A DNA stretch of 64,000 bases from a virus. Positions 30,323 to 39,695 of this stretch are shown piece after piece; within the stretch, counting starts at the first letter, position 1; every line of letters starts with the position of its first letter. The DNA is taken from positions 5,636-69,635 of IMG/VR virus record IMGVR_UViG_3300033141_003629. One strand, given 5' to 3'. The notes beneath the pieces are model-generated. The model was not told the origin of the DNA. It worked only from the letters and a program-made list of their open reading frames with translations, and made no database searches. A program made the position numbers and the translations under genes.

Positions 30323-30381
30323 CTATTTTTTCTCTTGAATTGTTTGTTAGGTAAAACTCTTTTACAGTATTTGCATTTCAT
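30277..30381 (-). CDS. zinc-finger microprotein (34 aa)
   Basis: MKCKYCKRVLPNKQFKRKNRCVWCKLQHKSQKKS, two CxxC; starts 1 nt after the upstream stop. Confidence 0.45.
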   Translation of the reverse strand: MKCKYCKRVLPNKQFKRKNRCVWCKLQHKSQKKS

Positions 30382-30382
30382 T

Positions 30383-30862
30383 TTAGATATAAAGTAGTGG
30401 CACTGTTAGATAAAGAGCTAATCCTTTCCCAAATTCTTCAATTTGACACCCATCCCAATAATGGCCAAATAATTTTAGTTTATGTGGTCTATGAGTTGCC
30501 CAATAATTAACCCACCAAGATAAAACCAAGCATCTTGTGATAAATCCAATAAATTTGGTTGTGATTGGGATAAACCATATGGCAGATAAACCATACATAA
30601 ATCCAACTAACCACCATTTAGCTTGTTGATTTTTATCTTTAAAATAGGAAGATAGAGATGCGCTTAGTGATGCTATTCCAAACACAATTAAACCCCAGTA
30701 CCAATTATTTTTTAGTGTATTAAAAAACAAAATATTACCAGCTATAAGCAGGGAGCATAGAATATCTCTATAAGCAGTATGATAGTATTTGCTACCACCC
30801 ATTCTATAAAAAATTCCAGAAAAAATTGACATTATAATGTAGCTAATAATATACAATATCAT
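30383..30862 (-). CDS. multi-pass membrane protein
   Basis: Several hydrophobic segments, YRMGG; ATGA overlap with the upstream gene. Confidence 0.65.
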   Translation of the reverse strand: MILYIISYIIMSIFSGIFYRMGGSKYYHTAYRDILCSLLIAGNILFFNTLKNNWYWGLIVFGIASLSASLSSYFKDKNQQAKWWLVGFMYGLSAIWFIPITTKFIGFITRCLVLSWWVNYWATHRPHKLKLFGHYWDGCQIEEFGKGLALYLTVPLLYI

Positions 30863-31440
30863 AAAGTCTCCGAAATTACTTTCCAATTTGTATTGGTCCT
30901 ACAAAAATCATCTATATCATCTGTAGTAACTTCGTGCCAAGATTCTTTGTTAAAGTTGATGCCAATAAAAGAAAACCATTTGGCTAGCCTTGTTACACAG
31001 ATTTCTTTCTTAGGTAGTTGACATATTCTTGCAAACCAACCTATACCTGTTAGCCACGTTAATAATTTACCTACTATTAATAAAACATCATAACCAAGTC
31101 CTAAATCTCGTTCTGCTATTTCTACCAATTTGTTTCTCTGTGCTTCGGTAAGAGAAGTGTTTCTATATACAACGTGGGGTTTATAAAGAAAAGCACTGGC
31201 TATAGATTCATATTCGACTACTTTTTGCTGTTCAATTACACGCATTTCATTGACCACAAGACCAGGGTGGTAAGCTCGTACATCATCTATGAGCCATTTT
31301 ATTTTTTTCTTAGAAATAAGATAGATTAGTTTACCTAAAACCCAGTGCCAGATAGTATAACTTTGCATTAGGAATTTAATTATTTTGGATTCTGTTGATG
31401 CACTATCAATGATAAATATATCCCCGCTTTGAAATCTCAT
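30859..31440 (-). CDS. second permuted papain-like NlpC/P60 protein
   Basis: SGDIF, YHPGLV, LGLGYD, EICV, T.DDI. Confidence 0.7.
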   Translation of the reverse strand: MRFQSGDIFIIDSASTESKIIKFLMQSYTIWHWVLGKLIYLISKKKIKWLIDDVRAYHPGLVVNEMRVIEQQKVVEYESIASAFLYKPHVVYRNTSLTEAQRNKLVEIAERDLGLGYDVLLIVGKLLTWLTGIGWFARICQLPKKEICVTRLAKWFSFIGINFNKESWHEVTTDDIDDFCRTNTNWKVISETL

Positions 31441-31443
31441 ATA

Positions 31444-31629
31444 CTATCTCCAAAGAATATCTCCATTTGGTTCTCTATTATCAGAAATATCTTGCTGACA
31501 TTTCTTTTTATAGGAAGAATCAAATGAGTCTGGCAAATAAACAACCATTGGGCATTTATAGATAGAACCTATTTTATAAAGACACTTTTTTCTATCTTCT
31601 TTAGTGCATTTACAAATCCACTGTCCCAT
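31444..31629 (-). CDS. small Cys-rich protein
   Basis: 61 aa, 5 Cys, AAGGAG SD. Confidence 0.5.
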   Translation of the reverse strand: MGQWICKCTKEDRKKCLYKIGSIYKCPMVVYLPDSFDSSYKKKCQQDISDNREPNGDILWR

Positions 31630-31640
31630 TGTTAGCTCCT

Positions 31641-33653
31641 TTATAGTTGTTGTGTAAAATATATTTCGTCAGGCATAAGGAGCCTGCTATATAATTTTGG
31701 AGAAGATAGGTTAATAGTATAATAGTCGCAGACAAACTTTAAATACTTTAGGCGAGTTTGTTCTTTGATTCTTAAATTTTTTAGAGATTGAGTGAGGTTT
31801 CTGGCCTTGTCATTGATTCTTAATTGAAAAACCAAATCATCTGTATTACAATAGTGAAATCCTATAGTAGCGAATTTTTTTCTTTTAATTATTCCTTCAA
31901 AGACAGTGGTGGAGGAAAAAGAAGTGAAGTAGTTGAATATATCAAAAAGAGTATCTAAGTTCTCATACACCTCAATGATATTTGGATATTTTTTAAAGAA
32001 TTTTAAATCGGAACTTGCTTTGTGATGTCCCCTATATAGAGGGTGGTGCTTAATTAAAAATCTTGTTCCTGGATTTGAATTAACTACCAAATCAATATAT
32101 TCTTCGTAGGTATTTATTTTTTTGTTGACAGTTTTTTTAACGCTCATATCCCATAGCAATTGTCCAAAAATCACAATATAAGTTTCTTTCGGGTTTAGGC
32201 TATATTTGGCAAAGAATTGGCTAGGTGTTATTTTGTCTGGCTGGGGTTGTCTACTAGACTTTGGCAAGTCTATATTTTGTAAATTATCTAGCGGCATTTT
32301 ATCAATATATTTATAAATATCGTTGGGACAGGTATATTGACACCCACTAGAATCAAATAACCACTTCCCATCAAAAGCAGTTTCTGTATTAATATGTTTA
32401 ATTCCCAGAGAGTTACATGCTTTCATTAGTTGTTCGTGGTATGGGTGTAGTGGTTGGGCATTTATTACTTGGTCTATATAATTTTGTTTTAAGATTTTTA
32501 TACACTCAAAATATATTTGATTTTCTTGTTCTTGTGTAAGTTCTGGTCTACATATATCATTAATTGGTGGAAATCTAAAACAATTGTTTAAATTTAAATT
32601 TTTATAGGGGGTTAATGAGGTATGGTCTATAGTAAATATATTAAAATGCTCTTCTATTAGAGGGTTGTTTTTAATTTTATGACATTGCTCTGCTCTCATT
32701 CTACTTATTAAAAGATTTTTTTTGGGTTTTATGAAATTTATATTATAATTTGGCTGCTTATTTGTTAATTGCTCAAAAGCTATGTCTATTTTTTCTAGAG
32801 GAATAAACTTATTACAATCATGTCGTCTGTTTAAACACTCACATGGTGGGTCTGGTGTAATAATTTTAAGATTTCTTAAATCCATGCGCTCGAAGTCAAT
32901 ATATTTTGCTGGATTAGAGTAGCCCCCGCCAATTACTATAGTTTTTGTTTTTGTGGCTATGCCCAAAGGAAATAAAAAACAATTATAAGTAAGAACTAGG
33001 TCACACAAAGGAACTAGCCCTATGATAGTATATAGGTCTAATTCTCCATTCTCAAATCTAATATCTATATTATTAAGCTCTTCTGTGACATTATCAATTG
33101 TTCTATCTGCAATACTTATAAAGAAATATTTTGACTTATATTTGTCTATGATGTATTGGAAGTATCTCACATCTGGAATTCTGGCATTATTTTTCCAATC
33201 TTTTCTATTTGATGGTGGTTTTAGAATACATATTTTTTTAGTAGTATGAAACGTCTCAAAAATTTTTTTTGCTTTTTTTATCCAGGTTGGATGAATTGGG
33301 ATTGTATAATCTATATTTTTAGATTCTATAGGAATAGCACGATTAAATGCTTCTGGTAGAGTTCCATTTTTTTTGAATTCTGCAATATAATATGGAATTG
33401 GGAGATTTTTTGCTTTTCTGTCTTTAGAGGTCCAAAAAGAATCGGGATAGCTATTTATAATTTGTTGACATGTTTTTAAGGTTTTGCATGCGCGGGGTTT
33501 AATATATTTGACATTGGCTAATTGATAAAACAGAAATGGAAACGGGGTTTCTAAGTATACCGTCTTATATTTTTTGCAAGCCTCTTTTATATAGGGATAT
33601 ATAAAAATATTATCACCGAACCCAGCATATGAAGTTATTATAACTGATTTCAT
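31641..33653 (-). CDS. two-domain glycosyltransferase: GT9 (heptosyltransferase-like) plus KpsS-like
   Basis: N-half GFGDNI...CDLVL...CxCx5C as in GT9-like proteins; C-half FGQL.WD.S, IKHHP, TSFSST..FEG...K; ATGA-coupled to the dehydratase. Confidence 0.75.
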   Translation of the reverse strand: MKSVIITSYAGFGDNIFIYPYIKEACKKYKTVYLETPFPFLFYQLANVKYIKPRACKTLKTCQQIINSYPDSFWTSKDRKAKNLPIPYYIAEFKKNGTLPEAFNRAIPIESKNIDYTIPIHPTWIKKAKKIFETFHTTKKICILKPPSNRKDWKNNARIPDVRYFQYIIDKYKSKYFFISIADRTIDNVTEELNNIDIRFENGELDLYTIIGLVPLCDLVLTYNCFLFPLGIATKTKTIVIGGGYSNPAKYIDFERMDLRNLKIITPDPPCECLNRRHDCNKFIPLEKIDIAFEQLTNKQPNYNINFIKPKKNLLISRMRAEQCHKIKNNPLIEEHFNIFTIDHTSLTPYKNLNLNNCFRFPPINDICRPELTQEQENQIYFECIKILKQNYIDQVINAQPLHPYHEQLMKACNSLGIKHINTETAFDGKWLFDSSGCQYTCPNDIYKYIDKMPLDNLQNIDLPKSSRQPQPDKITPSQFFAKYSLNPKETYIVIFGQLLWDMSVKKTVNKKINTYEEYIDLVVNSNPGTRFLIKHHPLYRGHHKASSDLKFFKKYPNIIEVYENLDTLFDIFNYFTSFSSTTVFEGIIKRKKFATIGFHYCNTDDLVFQLRINDKARNLTQSLKNLRIKEQTRLKYLKFVCDYYTINLSSPKLYSRLLMPDEIYFTQQL

Positions 33654-34645
33654 GATAGCTTTGTTCTCCAATATTCATAGACATCTTTTAGTGTTTTTTC
33701 TATCGGAATCACAGGCTTCCAGTTGGTATAAGCTTTTAATTTTGTTGTATCTCCTACTTGGATTTGAATGTCTATTGGTCTATAGACTCTTTTATCTATT
33801 TTTTTTATAATTTTACCTTTTAGTCCGGCAATTTCTATTAGTTTATCAGTAAAAAATACCATTTGTTTTACAGTAGAAATATCTCCACACACATTAAATG
33901 CTTGTCCATTTATTTCATCAGAAAAGTTTTTCATTAAGAGATAATATGCATTCATACAATCTCTCGCATCTATAACTACTCTATAGGTTTGTAGATTTCC
34001 AACAGGAAGTATATCTGTTTTTTCTTTGCCAGTAGTTATTAATGCAAGATGGTAGGCATCCCATGAGATAGAAAAATTTTTTCCCCTTCTAGGTGCTAAG
34101 TGAGAAAAAGCTCTTGTGTTGAATCCTTTTATAAATCCATTTTTGCATCTCTCTGCAATATATGTTTCTGCTGCCATTTTTGACCATCCATATGGATTTG
34201 ATGGTTTTAGTGGTATATTTTCTTTAAGTATACCTATATCTTTACACTCATCTCCGTAAACTTCACTAGTAGATACATTGCATATGATACACTCGTTATT
34301 ATATTTTTCAATGGCAGTAGCCAAATTGATAGTTCCAACCACATTTGTTTTCATTGTGCCAACTGGGTCTTTGAATGAAGTGGGTGGGTGAGATTGTGCA
34401 GCTAAATGAAAGCACCAATTATACTTATTTTCTTTAAATATTCTTTCCAGTGAGTAATAATCTTTCAAATCCCCATAATGAAAAGTGATTTTTTCTATAT
34501 TTTTTGGAGTCATTACATCTAAAAGACTATATTGGTTTCCATTGCTTCCTCTAATAAGAGCATGTACTTCATGACCATCTCTAAGGAGGATATTTGCTAA
34601 GTGAGGAGCAGCATGTCCTAGTATACCAGTTATAAAGACTTTCAT
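33650..34645 (-). CDS. GDP-sugar 4,6-dehydratase (Gmd/DmhA family)
   Basis: ITG..G, HLAAQS, STSEVYG, PYGWSK, H..PRRG, VGNL, RP.D. Confidence 0.9.
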   Translation of the reverse strand: MKVFITGILGHAAPHLANILLRDGHEVHALIRGSNGNQYSLLDVMTPKNIEKITFHYGDLKDYYSLERIFKENKYNWCFHLAAQSHPPTSFKDPVGTMKTNVVGTINLATAIEKYNNECIICNVSTSEVYGDECKDIGILKENIPLKPSNPYGWSKMAAETYIAERCKNGFIKGFNTRAFSHLAPRRGKNFSISWDAYHLALITTGKEKTDILPVGNLQTYRVVIDARDCMNAYYLLMKNFSDEINGQAFNVCGDISTVKQMVFFTDKLIEIAGLKGKIIKKIDKRVYRPIDIQIQVGDTTKLKAYTNWKPVIPIEKTLKDVYEYWRTKLS

Positions 34646-35037
34646 TTCTTTCTCCTATTTTTTTCTAATATTTGGTTTAAAGTGTATTCTTTCCCCCCTA
34701 TTATTCTACCCCCTTGAGAATGTCTAATAATATCTTTTGGGTTTATTTTTGATTTTGTAACGTAAGCCAATTCTATCATAACAGAATTTTTTAATGCTTT
34801 AAATCTATGACTAAGAGGAGGATGAACCTCCCAACTTTCATTTGGTTTTAAACTTGTTTTTCCAAATGCTGTTTCTATTTCTACTTTTCCAGATACGACT
34901 ACAAATTTATTAATTTTATTTTTGTGATAATGATAAGAACAAAAAGCGTTTTTTTTAATATATAATAGGTCTATTTCACACCCATCGGTTAGGAGAATCC
35001 TACGCCGTTCCCCCCATACTTTGTGAATGTTGCTCAT
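34642..35037 (-). CDS. cupin sugar isomerase/epimerase-like protein
   Basis: KVWG, CSYHYH..K...F.V.SG, P...HRF.A...S..IE. Confidence 0.8.
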   Translation of the reverse strand: MSNIHKVWGERRRILLTDGCEIDLLYIKKNAFCSYHYHKNKINKFVVVSGKVEIETAFGKTSLKPNESWEVHPPLSHRFKALKNSVMIELAYVTKSKINPKDIIRHSQGGRIIGGKEYTLNQILEKNRRKK

Positions 35038-35609
35038 AATTTGCTCTCCTCAAGTTGTTTGTCATAGTATTTTTTCTTCCAGTGAGAATATTTTTGATTG
35101 ATTTCATCCCAAGAAAATGGATAATAATTATTTTGTTCTATACACACATTAATACAATCTGTAAATTTACCTTTTTTATAAAATCTTTGACAAAACCACT
35201 TATCATGTTTATGACCGACTATATTTATTTTATAATCAAAGTTAGCACTTTCTGGCTTGTGAGTCATATTAATTAAATGACCACCGTAGCGTATAACTAT
35301 GCTTTGTATTGGAGTTTTAAATCCATTTTTTCCTTTTTTATCATGATTGCCTTCGATAAAGATAATATTTTGACAATTAAGATTTTTCAGTAATTCCTGT
35401 GGTTTTTGTGGCTCTCCTTCTCCCCTACCAGTCCCACTTTTAAATCCAACATCTCCAAGAAAAAATACTAAATCGTTAGGTTTAACTCTGGCATTAAATC
35501 GAGAAATGATGATATTATTCATTTCATCTACTGTTTTAAATGGGCGGTTACAGTAACGAATAATATTAAAATGATTAAAATGCCAATCTGAAGTCCACCA
35601 AATATTCAT
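35034..35609 (-). CDS. calcineurin-like metallophosphoesterase
   Basis: SDWHF.H.NII....RPF, LGD, GNHD, THKP, GH.H. Confidence 0.9.
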   Translation of the reverse strand: MNIWWTSDWHFNHFNIIRYCNRPFKTVDEMNNIIISRFNARVKPNDLVFFLGDVGFKSGTGRGEGEPQKPQELLKNLNCQNIIFIEGNHDKKGKNGFKTPIQSIVIRYGGHLINMTHKPESANFDYKINIVGHKHDKWFCQRFYKKGKFTDCINVCIEQNNYYPFSWDEINQKYSHWKKKYYDKQLEESKL

Positions 35610-35616
35610 TTTTTTA

Positions 35617-36180
35617 TTAGGCTAGTTTGTCAACTACTCCACGAGCCAAGCATTGTTCTGCATTGAACCAAAGTTCTCCATTAATGGCTTTTTCAATATC
35701 AACCTTAGATAATTTTGTCTTTTGTTTTAGTATTTCTATCATTATATTATCGAGGACAGATAAATACTTTGCTCTATCTTTAATAAAGCTAACATAGTCA
35801 TTAACACCACTCGACATTGGGTGCATCATCCAAAAAGAGTTTTTATACATATATCGCTTGTTTCCAAAAATACTGATATATGCGGCCATTGAACATGCTT
35901 CTCCATTTATTAGCGTAATAATAGGAGCAGCAGAAGATTTAATAGCATTTATAATTGCAAATCCATCAGCAACGCTTCCTCCAGGACTATTTATTTCGAG
36001 AACAATAGGAGCTTTTTTGTTTATTTCATTCATCGCATATATTTTTGTAACCACATTATTAGCAATTTCAGCATTTATATCAGAAAAGAGCAAAATATGT
36101 CTTTGTTTATTTAAGATGCATTGAAAAGCTTCTTCTTTATACAGAGGGGGAAGCTTAATTCTTTGCTTTTTCTTATTCAT
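35617..36180 (-). CDS. clpP: ClpP-like protease subunit
   Basis: INSPGGSV..G.AI, ACSMAA, MMHP, ELWF.AEQ....G.VD. Confidence 0.9.
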   Translation of the reverse strand: MNKKKQRIKLPPLYKEEAFQCILNKQRHILLFSDINAEIANNVVTKIYAMNEINKKAPIVLEINSPGGSVADGFAIINAIKSSAAPIITLINGEACSMAAYISIFGNKRYMYKNSFWMMHPMSSGVNDYVSFIKDRAKYLSVLDNIMIEILKQKTKLSKVDIEKAINGELWFNAEQCLARGVVDKLA

Positions 36181-36401
36181 TTTTCCTCCGGAGTTTCTTT
36201 AATACGATAATAAGTAGTCATTTTATATTCCCCATCTCTTCTTTTTCTCACTTTTTCAATAATTTTGTGACCAACTAATCTACCAACTGCTCCAACGTGG
36301 GAAAGACTAAGCTTTTCTTCGATTTCTTTGATTGTAACGATATTCTTTTCTTTTAAAAACTCATATAATTCTTTTTCTTTTTTAGATAAAATAAGCTCCA
36401 T
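36177..36401 (-). CDS. winged-helix DNA-binding protein
   Basis: LS.KE..LY..L.....T..EI...L.......V..L.....I pattern. Confidence 0.6.
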   Translation of the reverse strand: MELILSKKEKELYEFLKEKNIVTIKEIEEKLSLSHVGAVGRLVGHKIIEKVRKRRDGEYKMTTYYRIKETPEEK

Positions 36402-36420
36402 TTTATTTTTTCCTTTCTAT

Positions 36421-37611
36421 TTATGCAGATTTCAATTTTAATTTTGGAATAAATATTAAACAACACAATGTTGCGACTGTTGCTGTAATGACATTTACAG
36501 AATATCCAAAGTGGTCATATATCCACCCCCCAATTGGAGCACTTAGCCCTCCAGCAAAATTATTAATGCTAGTAGCGAGTGCATATAATAATCCTTCTGC
36601 TCCCCTAGGAACGATTTTTGCCATAAAGGCTAGGATAGCTAAAAAGGAAATTCCACTAAAAGCCCCAAAAGCCAAATTGTAAGCTATAAGCATCCACTTA
36701 TTAGGTAGATATAGGTAGAAAAGATTTGTTATTGCTCCAAAAATAATAGCAAAATAAAGTAATTTTTTTAGTGGATACTTGTAAGCTTTCCAATAATAAA
36801 GAAGATAGCCAATTAGACCTACCACCGTTCCGATAGTACCAGAATAGCCAAGAAACATTTTATCAACCCCCAGGCCCTCTCTCACCCGAATCATTAGGGC
36901 GGTCCCAAAGGACGGGCTAAATTGCAGACAAGCAATAAAGGCTAGCCCCAATAAAAAGTTGCGGTCGAGCGCTTTTTTTAGAGAGTTTTTAATATTTTGA
37001 AATGTTAAAGAACGGGTCGTTTTCTTTTCTTTATAAAAACGAGTTAGATATATCAAAGTAATCAAAGGCAAAATTCCAACAAGTGCATATGCGATTTTAT
37101 AGTTAAGCGGTTCAGGGAAATGAGAAGCAATATATGCCCCTCCTAAGGATACCAATAATCCAGCCACTCCAAGGCTGCTCCATTGAAGCGCTTGAATTTT
37201 TCCGTTCATCTTTTTATTTCTTTCCAAAAGAACCATTTGTGTGTCATTTGCAACATCATTAAATCCTGTGCAGGTAGCCATTAGGAAACCAATTACAATA
37301 AGAGAAACCAAATTAAGTCCAAACAAAACAACATAGGCAATAGATGCTAGAAGAAGCAAATAGCTAAGAATGAGCCAATATTTAGTGCGATAATTTTTTA
37401 GAGAAAAACAATCACATATAATCCCATATATTGGTTTTATACACCAGGGGATTGTCACAGCAAATGTAATGAACCCGATTTGAGTGGCAGTAAGTTTCCA
37501 AGATTCGCGAGTAAGATAATAAAGGCACTGACTTGGCAAGCCAGATAAACCTTGGTTAGCGTAGACTAATACGAAAAATAGAAATGTTAGAAATGGAATT
37601 TTTTTATTCAT
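36421..37611 (-). CDS. MFS transporter, BT1 folate-biopterin family-like
   Basis: About 12 TM segments; IPW.IKP.YG...D, DVA.D, P.G.EG..YAL..S..N. Confidence 0.85.
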   Translation of the reverse strand: MNKKIPFLTFLFFVLVYANQGLSGLPSQCLYYLTRESWKLTATQIGFITFAVTIPWCIKPIYGIICDCFSLKNYRTKYWLILSYLLLLASIAYVVLFGLNLVSLIVIGFLMATCTGFNDVANDTQMVLLERNKKMNGKIQALQWSSLGVAGLLVSLGGAYIASHFPEPLNYKIAYALVGILPLITLIYLTRFYKEKKTTRSLTFQNIKNSLKKALDRNFLLGLAFIACLQFSPSFGTALMIRVREGLGVDKMFLGYSGTIGTVVGLIGYLLYYWKAYKYPLKKLLYFAIIFGAITNLFYLYLPNKWMLIAYNLAFGAFSGISFLAILAFMAKIVPRGAEGLLYALATSINNFAGGLSAPIGGWIYDHFGYSVNVITATVATLCCLIFIPKLKLKSA

Positions 37612-37927
37612 TTTTTAGAAATGTTAAAATAAGAATTTTACTGAAATCCCAGGTTTTAAATTTTTCAAATACTCTCTTGACTTTTTCTATATTGTCTATT
37701 CCAGTATCTACCATAAGCAGTGCTTTTGGAATTTTTTCATACTCTAGTTCTTCTACGGCCAATAAAATTGCTTCCCCAATTTTTTTATTATTTAGCAAAA
37801 TATTAAATAGTTTGTTTATTTTGGAGTAATAATATTGATATTTCTTAAAGTTAGATTTGCGGATAGTAGTAAAAATGGGTTGATTTAGTTTATTATTCCA
37901 ATTATGAGAAAATTTAATATTATTCAT
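37604..37927 (-). CDS. ASCH/PUA-like domain protein
   Basis: IKFS......L....FTTIR, A.L..V, D.G. Confidence 0.55.
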   Translation of the reverse strand: MNNIKFSHNWNNKLNQPIFTTIRKSNFKKYQYYYSKINKLFNILLNNKKIGEAILLAVEELEYEKIPKALLMVDTGIDNIEKVKRVFEKFKTWDFSKILILTFLKNE

Positions 37928-38360
37928 TTTTTTTATATTCTTTCTTTATTTCGTCTATATCGGAACGCAATTTATTGATTTTATTTTTTACTTTTTCACT
38001 TGTAAAGCCAAAAAAAGTCATTTCCCATAAACAATGACAAAGAATGTCTATCAAAGAAAAATATTCTATTGATTTTTTGGCAATTGGCATAGATAACCAC
38101 TCTGCCCAATCAATAAAATCTAATGCCCAGTGCTTCTCATCGGTTTTTGTTATTCCACTAATAGAAATATAGTCTCGTTTATCACGAACATCTCCATATT
38201 CCATTATGAGAATCGTGAACCTTGTTTTTTTTGGTTTGGTGGTTTTTAATTCTTCTAAAACTTGAAGATAGTGCTCGCTCCGCTGTCCTGGATATAATTC
38301 TACTAGTCTTTTAATAACTTGTTCTGGATTGAGTTTAAAAATCAAATCTCCAAATGTCAT
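37920..38360 (-). CDS. conserved hypothetical protein (DUF6557-like)
   Basis: ALDF..W.EWL.M.I...CHCLWEMTFFGF. Confidence 0.6.
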   Translation of the reverse strand: MTFGDLIFKLNPEQVIKRLVELYPGQRSEHYLQVLEELKTTKPKKTRFTILIMEYGDVRDKRDYISISGITKTDEKHWALDFIDWAEWLSMPIAKKSIEYFSLIDILCHCLWEMTFFGFTSEKVKNKINKLRSDIDEIKKEYKKNE

Positions 38361-38415
38361 TTTATCTCCTTATAAGACACATCGATTAGTTTTTTAGCGA
38401 GGCGAATGATTTTTT

Positions 38416-39051
38416 TCATAGCATTTTTCCAATTCTTTCTAGGCTCCACCTAACAAATAAATTTCCGAGATATAATATACAAAAAATATTTAAAAGATTG
38501 ATGAAAAACATTCCAGCATTAACAGCACGTTGCATAAGAATTATTCCATCTTTTTTTCCAAACTTTTTTTCCAATAGAAATAGCAAGGGGTAACTCCCAT
38601 CTAATGCAGGGAAGGGAATTAAATTGCTCAGCCCAAGAACAATACTCAAATAACCAAAGTTATAAAATGGGACCCAATTAAACAAAACACCTAAACCCAA
38701 AGACATCAGACCTGTTATACAGTTTGCCAAAATACCAGATAGTGCAATACAAGACTTCTGCATATATGGTAAGTTTGTAAATGCTCTTTTCTTTTTAGAA
38801 TAATCCAATTCCCCATCTAGAGAACAATAGCCCCCAAGTAAAACCCACGATATTTGATAGATTGTTTCTCCCTTTCTAAAAGAAAAGAAAGGCTTTCCAA
38901 ATCCAATTGAGAATACCTTTACTTTGCACCTATATTTTTTAGCTCCCCATAAATGGCCTAATTCGTGAATCATAATAACTAATATCAAAATAATACAAAT
39001 TTGTGCAGCGAAGTTGATATGTGGTAATAAAGGATGAATAAAGCTAAGCAT
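38416..39051 (-). CDS. site-2 (M50, RseP-like) intramembrane metalloprotease lacking PDZ
   Basis: HELGH, FSIGFG, LGGYC, NLIPFPALDG. Confidence 0.9.
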   Translation of the reverse strand: MLSFIHPLLPHINFAAQICIILILVIMIHELGHLWGAKKYRCKVKVFSIGFGKPFFSFRKGETIYQISWVLLGGYCSLDGELDYSKKKRAFTNLPYMQKSCIALSGILANCITGLMSLGLGVLFNWVPFYNFGYLSIVLGLSNLIPFPALDGSYPLLFLLEKKFGKKDGIILMQRAVNAGMFFINLLNIFCILYLGNLFVRWSLERIGKML

Positions 39052-39053
39052 AG

Positions 39054-39695
39054 TTATCTTCTTTTGTGTTTTCTATTAAAGATTGTCTTGCCTTGTAAAT
39101 GGTCTACTTCGTGTTGAATTACTACACTCTCAAAATCTTGATAACAGCTAGTTGTAGCTTCTAGTTTTTCGTTATGATTAACCAATGTAATAAATACCCA
39201 CCTATCGGTGTCTACTCTTATACGAGGAAAACTTAAACATTCCTCTCCTTTAACTGTGAATTTTCTATCGTGTTCTACAATTTTTGGATTTATCAAAAGA
39301 AGTTCTTTTGGCCTTAATTTTTTATTTTTTTTATCAATATCAACCATTTTAATATAAGAAATTTGTTTGCAATAACCAATTTGATTTGCACTTAATCCCA
39401 CGCCCCCAACATGTGCCAGAGTTTCTTTCAATTCTACAATAATTTGAGAAATATCTTCTCCTGGTTCTACTGGTTTGCAGGGAATCCTCAATTTATTTAA
39501 ATTATGAATAATTTCTCTCACATTTGGGTTAGCTTTTTTTTCTTTCACTTCGTGCACAAAAGCTTTTGGGTTTTCTAGCATTTTCTTTAGTTGTTTTCTT
39601 TCAGAACAGGAGAGGTAGCCCCTTTCCATTCGTATTTTTTGTTCTTCAAGATAAACATTGGCTTCTATTTCTGTAGAAAAAGAAGTTTTAAGCAT
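39054..39695 (-). CDS. def: peptide deformylase
   Basis: GVGLSANQIG, LINP, EECLSFP, QHEVDHLQG. Confidence 0.95.
   Translation of the reverse strand: MLKTSFSTEIEANVYLEEQKIRMERGYLSCSERKQLKKMLENPKAFVHEVKEKKANPNVREIIHNLNKLRIPCKPVEPGEDISQIIVELKETLAHVGGVGLSANQIGYCKQISYIKMVDIDKKNKKLRPKELLLINPKIVEHDRKFTVKGEECLSFPRIRVDTDRWVFITLVNHNEKLEATTSCYQDFESVVIQHEVDHLQGKTIFNRKHKRR

Noticed and set aside
35617-36180. ClpP as the prohead protease
   Set aside because: It lies on the opposite strand far from the capsid gene; a better candidate is at 10733-12727
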